From Dictyostelium discoideum (lineage: Eukaryota), in contig CM000152.2 of the NCBI GenBank assembly GCA_000004695.1, forward strand, positions 6,016,001 through 6,080,000: a DNA stretch of 64,000 nt, in the 5' to 3' direction. Shown piece by piece: positions 31,385 to 44,134 of the stretch. The notes below the pieces were generated by a model that saw only the letters and a list, made by a program, of their open reading frames with translations, was not told the DNA's origin and made no database searches. Numbering within the stretch: position 1 is the first letter of the stretch; each line of letters begins with the position of its first letter. Made by a program: the position numbers and the translations under genes.

Positions 31385-34300
31385 ATGGAAGAAAATAAAT
31401 CGATAATTACCACAACCGTTAAATCTGATAAACCAATTGGTTCATATGAAAATGGTGAATATTTATTTTGGAAAGTGTTTAATAATAAATATTTATTAAA
31501 TTTTATAATTTATAAGATTCAAACATCAGAATGGGAATACTATCAAGACCATTATCAAATTCATGCAGAGAATAGATGGAAATTTAAAGATGTTTTTTCA
31601 TTTGATTGGCTGATAATAAATCAACAATTCCCATTGTTAAAGAATAAAATTGAAAATAATGATTTCATTTTATTCGATAAAAAATCAATTCATATTCTAT
31701 TTAAAGAATTTTCAATTTTAAGTGGTACTAAAAAAGTTTTACCAAAATTAGCAAATAGTTACGATGAAAATGGTGATTATGGTAATGCTGAAGATGGCCA
31801 AGATGATGATGAAGATGATGATGATGACGAAGATGCTAAAAATGAAAATAATGAATATAAAAGAAAAGATGAAAAAAAAGCATTAATTTTAAAAGAAATT
31901 TTAATTTCATTATTAGAAAAAAAAAGAAACCAATTTGAAATTTGTGATCTTACAAAACTAGCAGTTATTAATAATAGTATTGAAGGTATTAAAATATTAA
32001 TTAATGAGCCATATTGTATCAATGTTTATCCATCAACCATAGAATTGGCATTTGAAAAATGTGATTGTGAAATGATTAAAACTTTACTATTAAATGAAAA
32101 TAAAAATAATAACATTTTAATAAACAATGAAATTAAAAAGAAATCATTGAAATTAGCCTCAAAAAATACTTTTCATTCAACTTATATAATTCAATTCTTA
32201 TTAGATAATCCAAATTTATATATACCACCACCACCAATATCATTACCACAATTACAAAATCCAAGTCCAGTTGAACCAGGTTTGCCAGAATTAAATGATA
32301 ATGATGATGATGATGATGATGATGATGACGAAGATGATAAAAATAAAAATAAAACTAAAACAAGGGAATGTTATATTTTATATGACTATTTAATATTAAT
32401 ATCAAGTTTACAAACTAAAAAGAAATTATTAGATTTAGATATTGTTTTAAAAAATCCACAAGGTTTAAAAGAAAATTTTAATATTACAGATTCAATCGAT
32501 GACTTGTTAATTAAATTAGAGATTAATTTAAAATATTTCCATGATTATTATGATGGCATTCCAAAGTCAATTTTAAAAAAGATTAATCAAATTTTAAATA
32601 ATCAATCAATCAGCAAAGAGAAACAATTAAAAAAGATTCAAAGATTAGTCATTTTAGTTTCAGGAGATTATACATTTTATAGTGGCTATATTTTAAAATA
32701 TGAAGAATCAATAAATGAATTTCATAATGATTCGTATTATTCAAATGATGACGATGGTGATGATAATGATGATGATGATGATGATGATGGTGAATCAAAA
32801 TTAATAACATTTTCAAGATTAATTTTATTGAATGTATTTTCATATCAATCACATACAACAATGGATAAATTAATGAAAAACTTTAAAGAAAAGAAAATTA
32901 AATGGCATAAACCACTATTTAAATTAATTGGTTCAGAGAAAAAAACAATTACAATTGATAAATCAACTTATGATTGGATTATAGGTACTGATTGTGATGA
33001 AGTTTTTGATTATTTTAATAGTAAACAATTTGATTTTCAATCATTTGAAACTGCAATCTATTGTTTTGAAAATTATAATAATTCAAGAAAATATTTAAAA
33101 CCATTTTCAATAAAAACTTTATACTTTAATTCAATTAAAGAATGTAATTTAGATCAATTGAAAACTATTGAATCATTATATATCGATCCATTTGATTTAT
33201 TTAGTGATCAACGTTCATATAAATGCATACCCCTACCAACTTCAAAAGATGATTTAATTAAATTAATCAATTATTTCAGTGATAGTAATTTCAAAGCATT
33301 TAGTAAAGATTCATTAGTTTCATTCTTTTCTCAAGTATTTAAAACTGGTTTAGTATCACCATCAGAGATTAAAATTAAAATTCCAACTACTATTACATTA
33401 CCAAATGATATTTTATTAGATGCATTATTTGATTTAGATTTAAAGTTTTTAGAATTATTATTGGTCAGTTTAGATGGATTTGAATTTGAACAAGAAGAGT
33501 ATGAAAGACTTGATTCAGTTGAAAAGAATTTATTTAGTAAAGAATTAAATCTTTTCCATAATGATATAGAATTAATTGATTTCGATGAATTATATAGATT
33601 AATTGAATTTATTATAAATAAATTTTTAAAAACTGGTAGTAAACGTGGTAGACGTAGTGAATCAGCTTGCGAAATTATGAATTATCTTTATCAAATGTTA
33701 CTTCAAAGAGAACTAGTTACACCAAAACAAGTTATAAAAGTTAATCAATTACTTCAATCACATTCAGTACCAATTAAACATTCATTATTCAATGCTTTCT
33801 ATTATCTTCAAATTAGATCAGCAAAATTCACAAAGTATATTTTATCAAGACCTGGTTTCGATAGTTTTTTCGAAATTAATTATGAAGAGTCATATAGTTG
33901 TTCAATTGATTATTCTGAAGGTGTGAATCATTTAGGCCAACATGGATTTGATTTGGCAATTTATTTAGATTTCGATTGTTTTACATTTGATTATGTATTA
34001 GGTACCAATGAAAATGGTGATTATAATACACCATTCGATCAAGTACTCTATCAATTGGTTTATCAACTTTCTCATAGTATAATTAATGAAATTGATATCA
34101 TCGATGATTTCACTTCATTATCAATGAATGCAGATTTAGAATATTGTTTAGATATTAGAAGAGTGGATTTATTTTTCAAACAATTGGAATTTATTAATAA
34201 ACAAATTCAACAAACCAATCTTGATGGTTATGAATATCAAGACGAGAATCCAACATTTCCAATTCAAGAAAGTATTTTAAATTCACCTTCAGATAATTTA

Positions 34301-35329
34301 TTGCCAACTAGTGAATTATTTTTAAATAGAGAACAACCACCAATACCACCAATACCACAATCTAAAACTTTTAATTCAGAAATACCATTTCCATTGGCTA
34401 GACACTATAATACACTTAAAATTTCAAATTCAGTATTGGATTTAGCATTGATTATAATGGATGTCGATGAAATTCAAAAATTAATCGAATGGAATTGGTA
34501 TAGAACTGATTTCCTTTTCTCAATCTTTTCAAAATCAATGTTTTGGAGTAAATTCGATGTCTCCCAACATTTGTTTACCAACTATAAAATTCAAATCCTT
34601 TCATTACCACAACATTCAATGACATCTCATTATAGTTATCTATTGGAATTCAATTATTTAATTAATAATCATTTTGAAAGAGTTAAAAATCCAAATCTAT
34701 TTAAAATTGATACATTAAAATCCGATAGTTTAAATTTTCCAACTGTTCTTAGCGCATATTTAGTCGACTATCTATCAAGATGTGATATTGGCGAATATGA
34801 AAAATTCATGGATATTAAAACTAGAGAAGAGCTTTTAAATATTTTAATTTTTATAATTTATGCAGAGTATTGCATAAATATGGAATTAGATACCGATACC
34901 AATTTATCATTGGACAGAAAAAAATTACTTTTTCCACTCATTGAATCTAAAGAATGTCAAGAAATTATTCAAAGAGCTTATGATAAATTTAAAATTAAAA
35001 ATGATGAAACTATAATCAGTCAAACTGAACAACAAATTAAAGATTACTCAACTCAAGTTGATAACATGTTTACTCTTGGTTTCATCAATGGTGATATCAT
35101 CATTTGTCAACTTATACTCAAACATTATCCAAATCTTTTCAAAATCACCCAATATGCTTTGGCAATGGCAATAAAAGCTGATAGAATTCATATTATCAAG
35201 TTTTATTATCATAACAACAATGATAATTTAATTATGAATTTAAAAGATGATCAATCATTAGTAGATTATTTAAAATCTGAACTTTTAAATCATCAAGATT
35301 ATAAATTTGATATTAATTGGTTAAATTAA
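31385..35329 (+). CDS. Hypothetical 1314-aa protein with acidic D/E runs (N-terminal LFWKVFNNKYL motif family); apparently single exon
   Basis: Continuous ORF from ATG 31385. Its last ~130 codons are the source of the fragment at 30501-30888. It shares the N-terminal F-K-V-F-x-N-K-Y-L motif with the 51799 gene. Confidence 0.55.
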   Translation: MEENKSIITTTVKSDKPIGSYENGEYLFWKVFNNKYLLNFIIYKIQTSEWEYYQDHYQIHAENRWKFKDVFSFDWLIINQQFPLLKNKIENNDFILFDKKSIHILFKEFSILSGTKKVLPKLANSYDENGDYGNAEDGQDDDEDDDDDEDAKNENNEYKRKDEKKALILKEILISLLEKKRNQFEICDLTKLAVINNSIEGIKILINEPYCINVYPSTIELAFEKCDCEMIKTLLLNENKNNNILINNEIKKKSLKLASKNTFHSTYIIQFLLDNPNLYIPPPPISLPQLQNPSPVEPGLPELNDNDDDDDDDDDEDDKNKNKTKTRECYILYDYLILISSLQTKKKLLDLDIVLKNPQGLKENFNITDSIDDLLIKLEINLKYFHDYYDGIPKSILKKINQILNNQSISKEKQLKKIQRLVILVSGDYTFYSGYILKYEESINEFHNDSYYSNDDDGDDNDDDDDDDGESKLITFSRLILLNVFSYQSHTTMDKLMKNFKEKKIKWHKPLFKLIGSEKKTITIDKSTYDWIIGTDCDEVFDYFNSKQFDFQSFETAIYCFENYNNSRKYLKPFSIKTLYFNSIKECNLDQLKTIESLYIDPFDLFSDQRSYKCIPLPTSKDDLIKLINYFSDSNFKAFSKDSLVSFFSQVFKTGLVSPSEIKIKIPTTITLPNDILLDALFDLDLKFLELLLVSLDGFEFEQEEYERLDSVEKNLFSKELNLFHNDIELIDFDELYRLIEFIINKFLKTGSKRGRRSESACEIMNYLYQMLLQRELVTPKQVIKVNQLLQSHSVPIKHSLFNAFYYLQIRSAKFTKYILSRPGFDSFFEINYEESYSCSIDYSEGVNHLGQHGFDLAIYLDFDCFTFDYVLGTNENGDYNTPFDQVLYQLVYQLSHSIINEIDIIDDFTSLSMNADLEYCLDIRRVDLFFKQLEFINKQIQQTNLDGYEYQDENPTFPIQESILNSPSDNLLPTSELFLNREQPPIPPIPQSKTFNSEIPFPLARHYNTLKISNSVLDLALIIMDVDEIQKLIEWNWYRTDFLFSIFSKSMFWSKFDVSQHLFTNYKIQILSLPQHSMTSHYSYLLEFNYLINNHFERVKNPNLFKIDTLKSDSLNFPTVLSAYLVDYLSRCDIGEYEKFMDIKTREELLNILIFIIYAEYCINMELDTDTNLSLDRKKLLFPLIESKECQEIIQRAYDKFKIKNDETIISQTEQQIKDYSTQVDNMFTLGFINGDIIICQLILKHYPNLFKITQYALAMAIKADRIHIIKFYYHNNNDNLIMNLKDDQSLVDYLKSELLNHQDYKFDINWLN

Positions 35330-35739
35330 AAAAAAAAAAAAAAAATAGAAATAAATTAGAAATTTATTCTGAAAAAAAAAAAATAAAAAAAAAAAAAATA
35401 ATAAAAAAAATAATAATAAAAAACTGTGATTCAAAATAAATTAATAAAATAAATAAAAATAAATAAAAAAATAATTAATTAAATAAAAAAAAAAAATCAT
35501 GCAATATCACCAGTTCAGTAAAAAAAAAAAAAATTGTTTTTGGGTACCAAAAAAAAGATATTTTAAAATGATTTTTTTTTTTTTGAAATCATCAAATCCA
35601 ATTTTTTTTTCGATTTTTTTGAAAAGTCAAAAGCAAATGACATCAGACCGAAAATTCGAAACAGTATTCACCATTGTTTTCCAAAAATTATTAGAAATAA
35701 TAATCTGTACAAAAAGAAAAAAAAAATAATATAATATAT

Positions 35740-35805
<66 letters not shown>

Positions 35806-35874
35806 GTATAAAAAGGTTTAGGATTTAATTTTTATTTTATTATCGTTTAATGTGCCAATAAAAAATAATAAAAA

Positions 35875-36458
35875 ATGTTATTACAATTAAGTAAAATATT
35901 AATATTATGTTTAATGTTCTTTTTCGTTAGAGGACAAGATTCATCATCAACTATCTCCTCCTCCTCGGTCTCTTCCTCTTCAGTGCCTTCCTCTTCATCC
36001 GAATCTTTCAATGGTCAATATATATTCTCTTTTACAGAAGCCTATACTTTAATGGCAATTGATATTAGTAATGGTAACTTGGTTGTTAACCATTCCTTAA
36101 GTGAATTGATTCTTCCTTCCTCTATTTTATCATATGATCCAACTACATACTCCTTCAGATTTTTTGGATATTATGAACAATATCCAGGTTATCATTTCCT
36201 ATTGTCAAACTATAGTTTAACAACTAATACATTCACTGCTATTACTAGTTCAATTCTAGATTCATTGTACTACTCTTATGCTATTCAACCATATGTCCAA
36301 ATCGGAACTACTTTCTACATGCCAATTTTTGATGATGCAAAGCCTTCAACCGATTTAAACATTAGAAATTGGGATTTTAATAACTTTATTGTGTAAGTTT
36401 TATTTATTTTTAATATTAATTTTTATATATATAAAAAAAAAATATATATTAATTATTT

Positions 36459-36529
<71 letters not shown>

Positions 36530-37154
36530 TTTCAGAGGTACTTTAGAAATTGAATTACCAGATTTTAATGCATCAATCAGCCCACTTGACGCATATGATG
36601 AAGATAAGGATTTATACTATGTTTTCTATTATGGAAATGGTGGTGAAGTTGAAAGAATTCCATATGTTTCAACATTTACTGGCAATAGTCTTTCATTCTA
36701 TCAAAATATCAATGGAAGTAGTGGTAGTAATAGTGGAAGTAATAGTAATGGTGGTGAATCATCATTCACTACAACTAAATTCCCAAATAGTGGTAAATCA
36801 AGTTTAGTATATAACAATAATGTTGGTACTATTTTTGTAAAATCATCAAATCTTTATGCAATTGAACAACTTCAAACAAGCATTAATATTGTTAAAATCG
36901 ATTTAGATGGTGCCTCAGTTGAATTAGCCTACTCTGCTGAAATGGATAGTTATACCGCTGATTTCATCTCTTATTTCTTAACAAATGATAATAATTATTT
37001 GGTTACCTTAAATTTAAATCAAGATAATTTAGTTGTTTACAATTTCATTGATTTAACAACTTTCTCTTTAGCTCACTCATTCACATCTAAAAATTATTTC
37101 GATAATATTTCCGATGATTTCGATACATCCTTTTATTTTAATGGTTTTGTTTAA
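35875..37154 (+). CDS. Secreted protein with a signal peptide and a Ser-rich N-terminus, function unknown (~378 aa); join(35875..36392,36536..37154)
   Basis: Hydrophobic signal MLLQLSKILILCLMFFFVRGQD. GTAAGT donor at 36393 (phase 2). The intron carries an (ATTT)n microsatellite, with a TTTCAG acceptor at 36535. The frame continues (GTLEIELPDFNASISPLDAYDEDKDLYYVFYYGNGGEVERIPYVSTF...) to TAA at 37154. Confidence 0.6.
36443..36531. repeat. (ATTT)n microsatellite of ~22 units inside the intron of the 35875 gene
   Basis: Direct reading. Confidence 0.9.
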
Positions 37155-37286
37155 TAAAATAAAAAATTATTATTATTTTTTTTTTTTTAAAACAAAACAC
37201 CTTTAAAAAAACAATTCAATTATCAATTCTATAAAAAATAAAAATAAAAAATAAATAAAAGATATTTATTTATTATTTATTTATTA

Positions 37287-37319
<33 letters not shown>

Positions 37320-37392
37320 GATTATTTATATCAATTTGATATATTCTTTGCAAATTTAATAGATTCAAATACTATATCAGAATGTCGCAATC

Positions 37393-37651
37393 TTAGTTGT
37401 GTTTATGATTTATATTTAAAGATAATGACAAAGAAGAAAATGGTGGGGTCAAAGTAAATGAACTACTACTGCTTGTTTGATAATCTTTACCATCACCTTT
37501 TATTGTTTGAAAATCATTGTTTTCTTTATTATTATTATCTTTTTTAAATCTTTTACTAAAACGATTTTCAATATTATTTTCAAAAATTTTATTGTTTCTA
37601 TAATTTTGAAAACCATATTTATTTTTTTTACTATTATTATTATTATTATAA

Positions 37652-37685
<34 letters not shown>

Positions 37686-37908
37686 CATTTTCAGTACAAT
37701 ATATATCATGTGTTTTATTGTTATCGATTTGATCATAGTCAATTCTATGATAGTTGTTTGGTTCTAAACCATCTAAATTTAAGAAAATTTCCCCATTCGA
37801 GTTAAAACAATATTCTTCTTCCTCTTCTTCTTCTTCTTTATAAAAACTTGATTTAGTTTTATTTTGGTATATTGAAATTTCTTTATTTCTAATTACGTCT
37901 CTTAACAT
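37393..37908 (-). CDS. Hypothetical 171-aa N-rich protein (weak call)
   Basis: ATG-initiated ORF on the minus strand (MLRDVIRNKEISIYQNKTKSSFYKEEEEEEEEYCFNSNGEIFLNLDGLEPNNYHRIDYDQ...). It is low in complexity, so it could be spurious. Confidence 0.3.
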
Positions 37909-37941
37909 TTTTTTTTTTTTTTTTTTTTATCTAAATGTTTG

Positions 37942-37978
<37 letters not shown>

Positions 37979-38471
37979 AAAAAAAAAAAATATATAAATT
38001 AATAAAAAAAAATAAAAATAAAAATAATTTAAATTTAAATTTAAAAATAAATTTAAAAATAAATTTAAAATTAAAAGTAAATACAAAAACGAATAATGTT
38101 TAAGTTGTATTTAAATTTAAAAAAAAAGAAATAGACTTTCTTGTTTTTTTATTAAATCTAAAACATTAAGTGGATTACAATTTACAAATTTCATATTTTA
38201 TAAAAAAAAAAAAAAAATTAAAAAATAAAAAAAAAAAATTAAAAAAAAAAAAAATATTTTTTGTAGGCTACAACACAATCCTACCCTTTAGGAAACTTCG
38301 CACATTTTTGGACCGAGATATTTATTTTAAAAAAAAAAAATTAAAAAAAATAAAATTTAATTAACATTCAATTATACCTCATAAAAAAAAAAAATAAAAA
38401 AAAGTAAAAACAAATCACACCATTCATTTGTCAATAAAAACTATCCGCAATAGAAAAAAATAAAAAAAAAT

Positions 38472-38896
38472 ATGATAAAAGATACACACTATGAGTATGT
38501 GTTTTATTAATAATATAATTAATTTTAATTTTAATTTTAATTCTAACCAAAAATAAACTAAAAAAAAAAAATAAAAAATAAAAAAAATAAAAATAAAGTC
38601 ATTTTTTTAAAATTATAATTTTAGGAAATAAAGATATAAATAAAAAAGATTTCATAGATAATTCATTTTCTGTATGTTTTTATTTTTTTTATTTTTTTTT
38701 TTAGTTTATTTTTTTTTTTTTTCTTTTTATTAATTTTATTACAAAAATTTAGGAATTTAATTTAGAAAAAAATAAACTTCAACAACAACAAATAAATATT
38801 CAACAAACTCTAAATAGTGAATCAAAAATTAGATTGTTTCAATATGGCAATAAAAGAATAAAACTACAATTGGTATTTTTTTTTTTTTTTTTTTCC

Positions 38897-38934
<38 letters not shown>

Positions 38935-39522
38935 AAATATTAACCAAAATAAAAATATAAATAGTTGAGATATGACCCAGGAGTAGGAGATTCAACTATT
39001 TCTAAAGTATTTAGAGGAACTCATTGTTTAATTGTAATGTTTGATAGTAATAACAAAGACTCTATTAGTAATTTATCTTGTTGGGTTCAAGAATCAAGGA
39101 GGTATTCAAAGATTGATACACCAATAATAATATTAGGAATCAATAATACTGATGATGAACAAAAATTATATGAACAAGATTTAATAGAACAATTGGATGA
39201 AATTAAAAGATCATTCAATAATAATAATAATACTGAAATTCCAATTTTTCAAATAACTTTGAATAATCCAAACCCCAATATATCTAAGCAACTATTTGAT
39301 AGTATTTTAAAAGTTTCAATTGAATTTCAAAATAAAAATGACCCCAATAATTTAATAAATAGCTCAAATAATAATAATATCATAAAAACAACTGCAACAA
39401 CTACCACATCAAATGACATGCCAACAACAATAACTATATCACAATCCCAACATGTATCAACCTCAAATAACCCAAAAAGAAAAACTAATATATTATCATT
39501 TTTATTGTTTTGGAGAAAGTAA
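38472..39522 (+). CDS. Ras-like GTPase-like paralogue A (degenerate: no P-loop exon found, no DxxGQ). Probable exons 38472..38494, 38753..38872, 38965..39522.
   Basis: Micro-exon ATGATAAAAGATACACACTATGA|GTATGT is shared with the other copies. Exon EFNLEKNKLQQQQ...SKIRLFQYGNKRIKLQL is followed by a GTATTT donor. The terminal exon LRYDPGVGDSTISKVFRGTHCLIVMFDSNNKDSISNL... is Ras switch II/G4-like but has no NKxD. The exon phases are not fully reconcilable, so it is likely a pseudogene. Confidence 0.3.
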
Positions 39523-39591
39523 TTTATGGTTTTTTTTTTTTTTTTTTTTTTTGGGGGGAATATTAATCAAATTGAGGATAATCTATATAAA

Positions 39592-39622
<31 letters not shown>

Positions 39623-39938
39623 ATAAAAATATCTAATTTTTTTTTTTCATTTTTTATTTCACTAAAAATACCTTTGTAAAAAATATCATTTAAGATATTT
39701 GCAAATTATTTTTTTTTTTTTAGCTTCTTCTGAAAAACACCTAAATCAAAATTATTTTTCGAATTCAAAACTGCACTAAATTTTTCATCTTGTGTTTTTT
39801 AACCAGTTTCGGTAGTCCAAAGGTTTTTTTTTTTTTTTTTTTTCACTAAATATCTTTTGATTTTTTGATGTCATTTATTAAAAAAAGTAAAAAAAAAAAA
39901 AAAAATGGGAAATAAAATATCTAATTATTTTTGTTTAA

Positions 39939-39972
<34 letters not shown>

Positions 39973-40101
39973 TTAAATAAAGAAAATTTAAATTCTTCTT
40001 AAAAATTTCTATTTTATTAAATAAATATTTTACTTGTAATAAATAAATTATAAATATAAATAATAAAAAAAACAAAAAATTAAAAAAAAAAAAAAAAAAC
40101 A

Positions 40102-40391
40102 TTGAATACCTATGACCACGAGTATGAATTTCAAAAAAAAAAAAAAAAAAAAATTAAAACTTAACATCAATTATACTATTTTATTAAATTTCTTAATTTT
40201 ATTCTAAAAAAATATACAACAAAAATAATAATAGTAAATTCTTTACAACTTTAGTAATTGGTGATACTGGAGTTGGTAAAATGAAATTTATTCAAGGGTA
40301 TAGTGACGATAATTATAAATACTTTTTGAGTGATGGCTCGAGGTTTAAATTATTTTCATACGATGGATTTAAAATAAAATTATTATTGGTG

Positions 40392-40470
<79 letters not shown>

Positions 40471-40476
40471 TTAATT

Positions 40477-40513
<37 letters not shown>

Positions 40514-41036
40514 ATAATTTTTATAGGAAAGATATTTTGATAGACCATATGGCGGTGGATCAAATACCACTGTATATAGAAAAACTCAATGCTTTTTATT
40601 AATGATTGATGTTTGCGATACTGATTCATTGCAAAGTATTAAAATTTGGATAAGAGAAATTGTATCACTATCAAAACATGGAACTCCAATAATAATTATT
40701 GGAAATAAAATTGATTTAAAGGAACATAGAAAATTTACAAGTGAGCAAGCTTTAGAATTAATTGAACAAATTAAAGATAATTTAAATATAAAAATGCAAA
40801 TTCCATATTTTGAAATCTCTTCTATACAACCCGACCAATCACAATATGATAGAATTTTTAAACAAGTTTATTCGTTATCAAACCAAAGATTTTACAAACC
40901 TTTAATTAATATTAATGAAGGTAAAAATATTGTTGTTGAAGATTTTTCAAAAAATGATTCAATCCCCAATGATGATGGAATTAAAAAAAATAGAAAAAGT
41001 AAAATTTTTAAAGATATTTTATCAATTTTTAAATAA
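40102..41036 (+). CDS. Ras-like GTPase-like paralogue B; join(40102..40121,40235..40388,40527..41036). The start codon is TTG where the paralogues have ATG, so it is possibly a pseudogene.
   Basis: Micro-exon TTGAATACCTATGACCACGA|GTATGA (C has ATGAATAAA...). The exon ending in ATAG gives (D)KFFTTLVIGDTGVGKMKFIQGYSDDNYKYFLSDGSRFKLFSYDGFKIKLLL, then GTGGGT. After a T-run intron, a TATAG acceptor gives ERYFDRPYGGGSNTTVYRKTQCFLLMIDVCDTDSLQSIKIWIREIV...IIGNKIDL...YFEISS...stop. The P-loop reads GKM (no Ser/Thr) and there is no WDTAGQ. Confidence 0.4.
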
Positions 41037-41105
41037 AGATATAATTTTTTAAAAAAAAAAAAAAAAAAAAAAGAAATTAAAATATATATTAAAAATGTGT
41101 ATTAA

Positions 41106-41139
<34 letters not shown>

Positions 41140-41373
41140 GTAAAAAAAAAAAAAGGAAAAAAAAGTGGAAATTGAAAACCATTGATATTTTTTTTTTAAA
41201 ATTAAATTAATATTTTAAATGAAAAAAAAAAAAAGCCAATTTTTTGGGTTGGAAGATTTAAATAATATAATATTATTTATCCACAAAAAAAAAAAAAAAA
41301 AACAAAAAAAAAAAAAAATCAATTACATTTTTTAAATTATATATCCAATTGAAATATTAGATATTTTTTTAAA

Positions 41374-41453
41374 ATGAATAAAAAAGAATACGAGTAGGTA
41401 TTGAATATATAAATATGGCCAAATGAATATCATTTTTAATATTTTTTTATTTT

Positions 41454-41501
<48 letters not shown>

Positions 41502-41661
41502 TTTTTAAAACGTTAGTGATTGGAGATACTTGTGTTGGTAAAATAAAATTTATTCAAGGTTATATTGATGAAAATAATAGAGATGTATTTAATAACGATT
41601 CAAGATTTAAATTATTTTCCTGTGACGGATTAAAAATAAAATTTCTATTGGTTTGTTTTAT

Positions 41662-41700
<39 letters not shown>

Positions 41701-42267
41701 TATAAAAAAAAAATAATAATAACATATTTTTTAAATTTAATTTAAACAAAATATGTTTATAGGCCAACTGGAGGTGGATCAAATACAACAGTTTATAAAA
41801 ATACTCAATGCTTTTTAATAATATTTGATGTTTGTAATTTAGATTCCATGCATAGTGTTAAACTTTGGATAAGAGAAATTGTAAAATTTTCACAAGAAGA
41901 TACACCAATTATTGTTATTGGAAATAAGATTGATTTAAATGAAAAAAGACAAGTTAAAAATGAAGAAGTGATAGAATTTATTGGACAAATTAAAGCTGAT
42001 TTACAATTAACATTGAATATTCCATATTTTGAAATCTCTTCATTACAACCCGACCAATCACAATATGAAATAATTTTTAAACAAGTTTATTCATTATCAA
42101 ATCTAAGATTTTTCAACCCATCAATCAGCTTTGACGAGGATAAAGAAATTATTGATGATTGTTACTCTGATATTGATATTAAAGAAGATTCAAATGAAAA
42201 AAAAATTAAAAAACAAAAGAGAAAAAGTAAATCACTTAAAAAAATTGTTTCAATTTTTAAAAAATAA
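41374..42267 (+). CDS. Ras-like GTPase-like paralogue C; join(41374..41393,41497..41650,41763..42267). There is a 1-nt phase conflict at the exon 2/3 junction, so it is possibly a pseudogene.
   Basis: ATGAATAAAAAAGAATACGA|GTAGGT, then an AG acceptor giving (D)KFFKTLVIGDTCVGKIKFIQGYIDENNRDVFNNDSRFKLFSCDGLKIKFLL|GTTTGT. The TTTATAG acceptor at 41762 leaves the PTGGGSNTTVYKNTQCFLIIFDVCNLDSMHSVKLWIREIVKF...IGNKIDL...YFEISSLQ... frame one base out of phase. Confidence 0.4.
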
Positions 42268-42290
42268 TTATTTAAAAAACAATAAAGCTA

Positions 42291-42324
<34 letters not shown>

Positions 42325-42469
42325 TTTTTTTTTTTTTTTCTCTTTTTTTTTTATATTTTAAAAAAAAAATTACAAAATTGATCAATTTTTATTTTTATAA
42401 CCAACTTTTTTTTATTAACCTTTGTATTATATTTCAATAAAAAAAAAAAATTTTTAACAAACCTAAAAA

Positions 42470-43318
42470 ATGCTTTCAAAACAGGATTATGAGTAAATAT
42501 CATGATAATTGCAATAAAAAAAAAAAAAAAATAAAAAAAAATAAAAAAATAAAAAAATCTAATAATAATAAAAATAGACACTCTATAAAGATTTTATTAT
42601 CAGGAGATTCTGGTAAAAGTAGTTTTTTAAATAGAGCTATTGATGATATATATTTTGAAAATAATGTTTATCAGTGTGCACCCTCTTTAAAATTTTTTAA
42701 TGATCCAAATAGTTCTAGAGAGAATAAATATTATTATAAAAATTTAATATACAAACTTTGTTTTGTAAGTTTGACTAAACATTAAATTTTAAAAAAAATA
42801 TTTATTTAAATAGATTTATAGAGTTATTATTAATTTTTTTTAATTAATTTATATTAAAAAAAAAAAAAAAAAAAAAGTATGAATATTTTCAAGATAGATT
42901 TCGTTCAATAGGTAATAACCCCTATAGAGGTGCAAGATTTAATTTTATTTTATTTAATGTATGTGATCAAGAATCATTTGATAATGTCCCTAAATATTAT
43001 TTTGAGGCAGAAAGGTATGGAAAAGAAGATATTCATATTATTTTAATTGGTGTTGGAATTGATGATATTGAAAATAGAATTATTGATTATGAAGTTGCTT
43101 TAGATTTAGCAAATTCTAATAATACTCCATATTTTGAAGTAAATAATAAATCGCCATCACCACTTGAAAAAGAAATTTATCAAAGAATAATTGAAACTGC
43201 AATCGGAAAAGTTCATGATGAATTAAATATTCAACCTCCACCATCATCAAAACCATCAACTCCAATAACAACAACAACCAAAACTAAAGGTATTTCAGGT
43301 TTTTTAAAAAAGAAATAA
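42470..43318 (+). CDS. Ras-like GTPase-like paralogue D (216 aa); join(42470..42492,42578..42764,42878..43318)
   Basis: ATGCTTTCAAAACAGGATTATGA|GTAAAT, then an AAAATAG acceptor giving (E)HSIKILLSGDSGKSSFLNRAIDDIYFENNVYQCAPSLKFFNDPNSSRENKYYYKNLIYKLCF|GTAAGT. An A-run AG acceptor gives YEYFQDRFRSIGNNPYRGARFNFILFNVCDQESFDNVPKYYFEAE...ILIGVGIDD...YFEVNNKS...stop. All junctions are phase-consistent. The DxxGQ and NKxD motifs are absent. Confidence 0.55.
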
Positions 43319-44010
43319 ATAAAAAAACCAATAATAATTAAATAAAATCAACCTTTTTTTTATTTTTTTATTTTTTTATTTTTTTTTTTTTGTAAAACAA
43401 AAACTGTTTTTTGAAATCTCAAAAAATTTCACTTAATTTAATAAGAATCAATTTCAACTGTGAGGTATGAAACAATCTACAAAAAAAAAAAATAAAAAAT
43501 AAAAAATAAAAAAATAAAAAAAATAATAATAAAAATAATAATTAAATATCAGGTATGGATTATTTGGTCTAAATTTGAATTTTGTTTTTTTTTTTTTTTC
43601 TATTTTTACAAAAATTAAAATATCTTTATTTTTTTTTTATTTTTTTTATTTTTTATTTTTTTTTTTTTTTTTAAACAGTTTGATAGCGTTGCACAAAAAA
43701 TTATTGGAGATTGAAAGTTTTTTAATGGGAAAAAAATCTAAAATGATTAATTAACTTGTACAATATTAAAAACCCGAAAAAAGTTGAAAAAAAAAAATCT
43801 TTTCTTTTTTTCAGTGTGATGACGTGCAACAGTAAAAAATCATATTTTATTTTATTTTTTTTGGTTTTTTTTTTTATTTTAAAATAATCAAATTGATACA
43901 CAAAAAAAGACTTCACTAAATTTGATGTGCAATAAAAAAAAATCATTTTGTCTTTGTCTATTTTTTTTACAATTTTTTTATTTTTAATTTGAATAATTTA
44001 TTGTAATAAA

Positions 44011-44047
<37 letters not shown>

Positions 44048-44134
44048 AGATACAAAAAAAAATAATATAAATATAAAAAAGATAATTATAAAAAAAAAAA
44101 AAAATATAAACATAAAAAAGACAAAAAAATAAAT

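Noticed and set aside
36550-36807. 85-aa ORF MNYQILMHQSAHL...
   Set aside because: It is out of frame relative to the validated exon 2 of the secreted-protein gene, whose frame is open across the same interval and continues to 37154.
42489-42785. Continuous ORF starting at ATG 42489 with a poly-Lys N-terminus as the unspliced start of Ras-like paralogue D
   Set aside because: An open frame does run through the A-rich intron. But all five paralogues share the conserved micro-exon TATGA|GTA structure, so the spliced model starting at 42470 is preferred. The unspliced ORF is kept only as an alternative.
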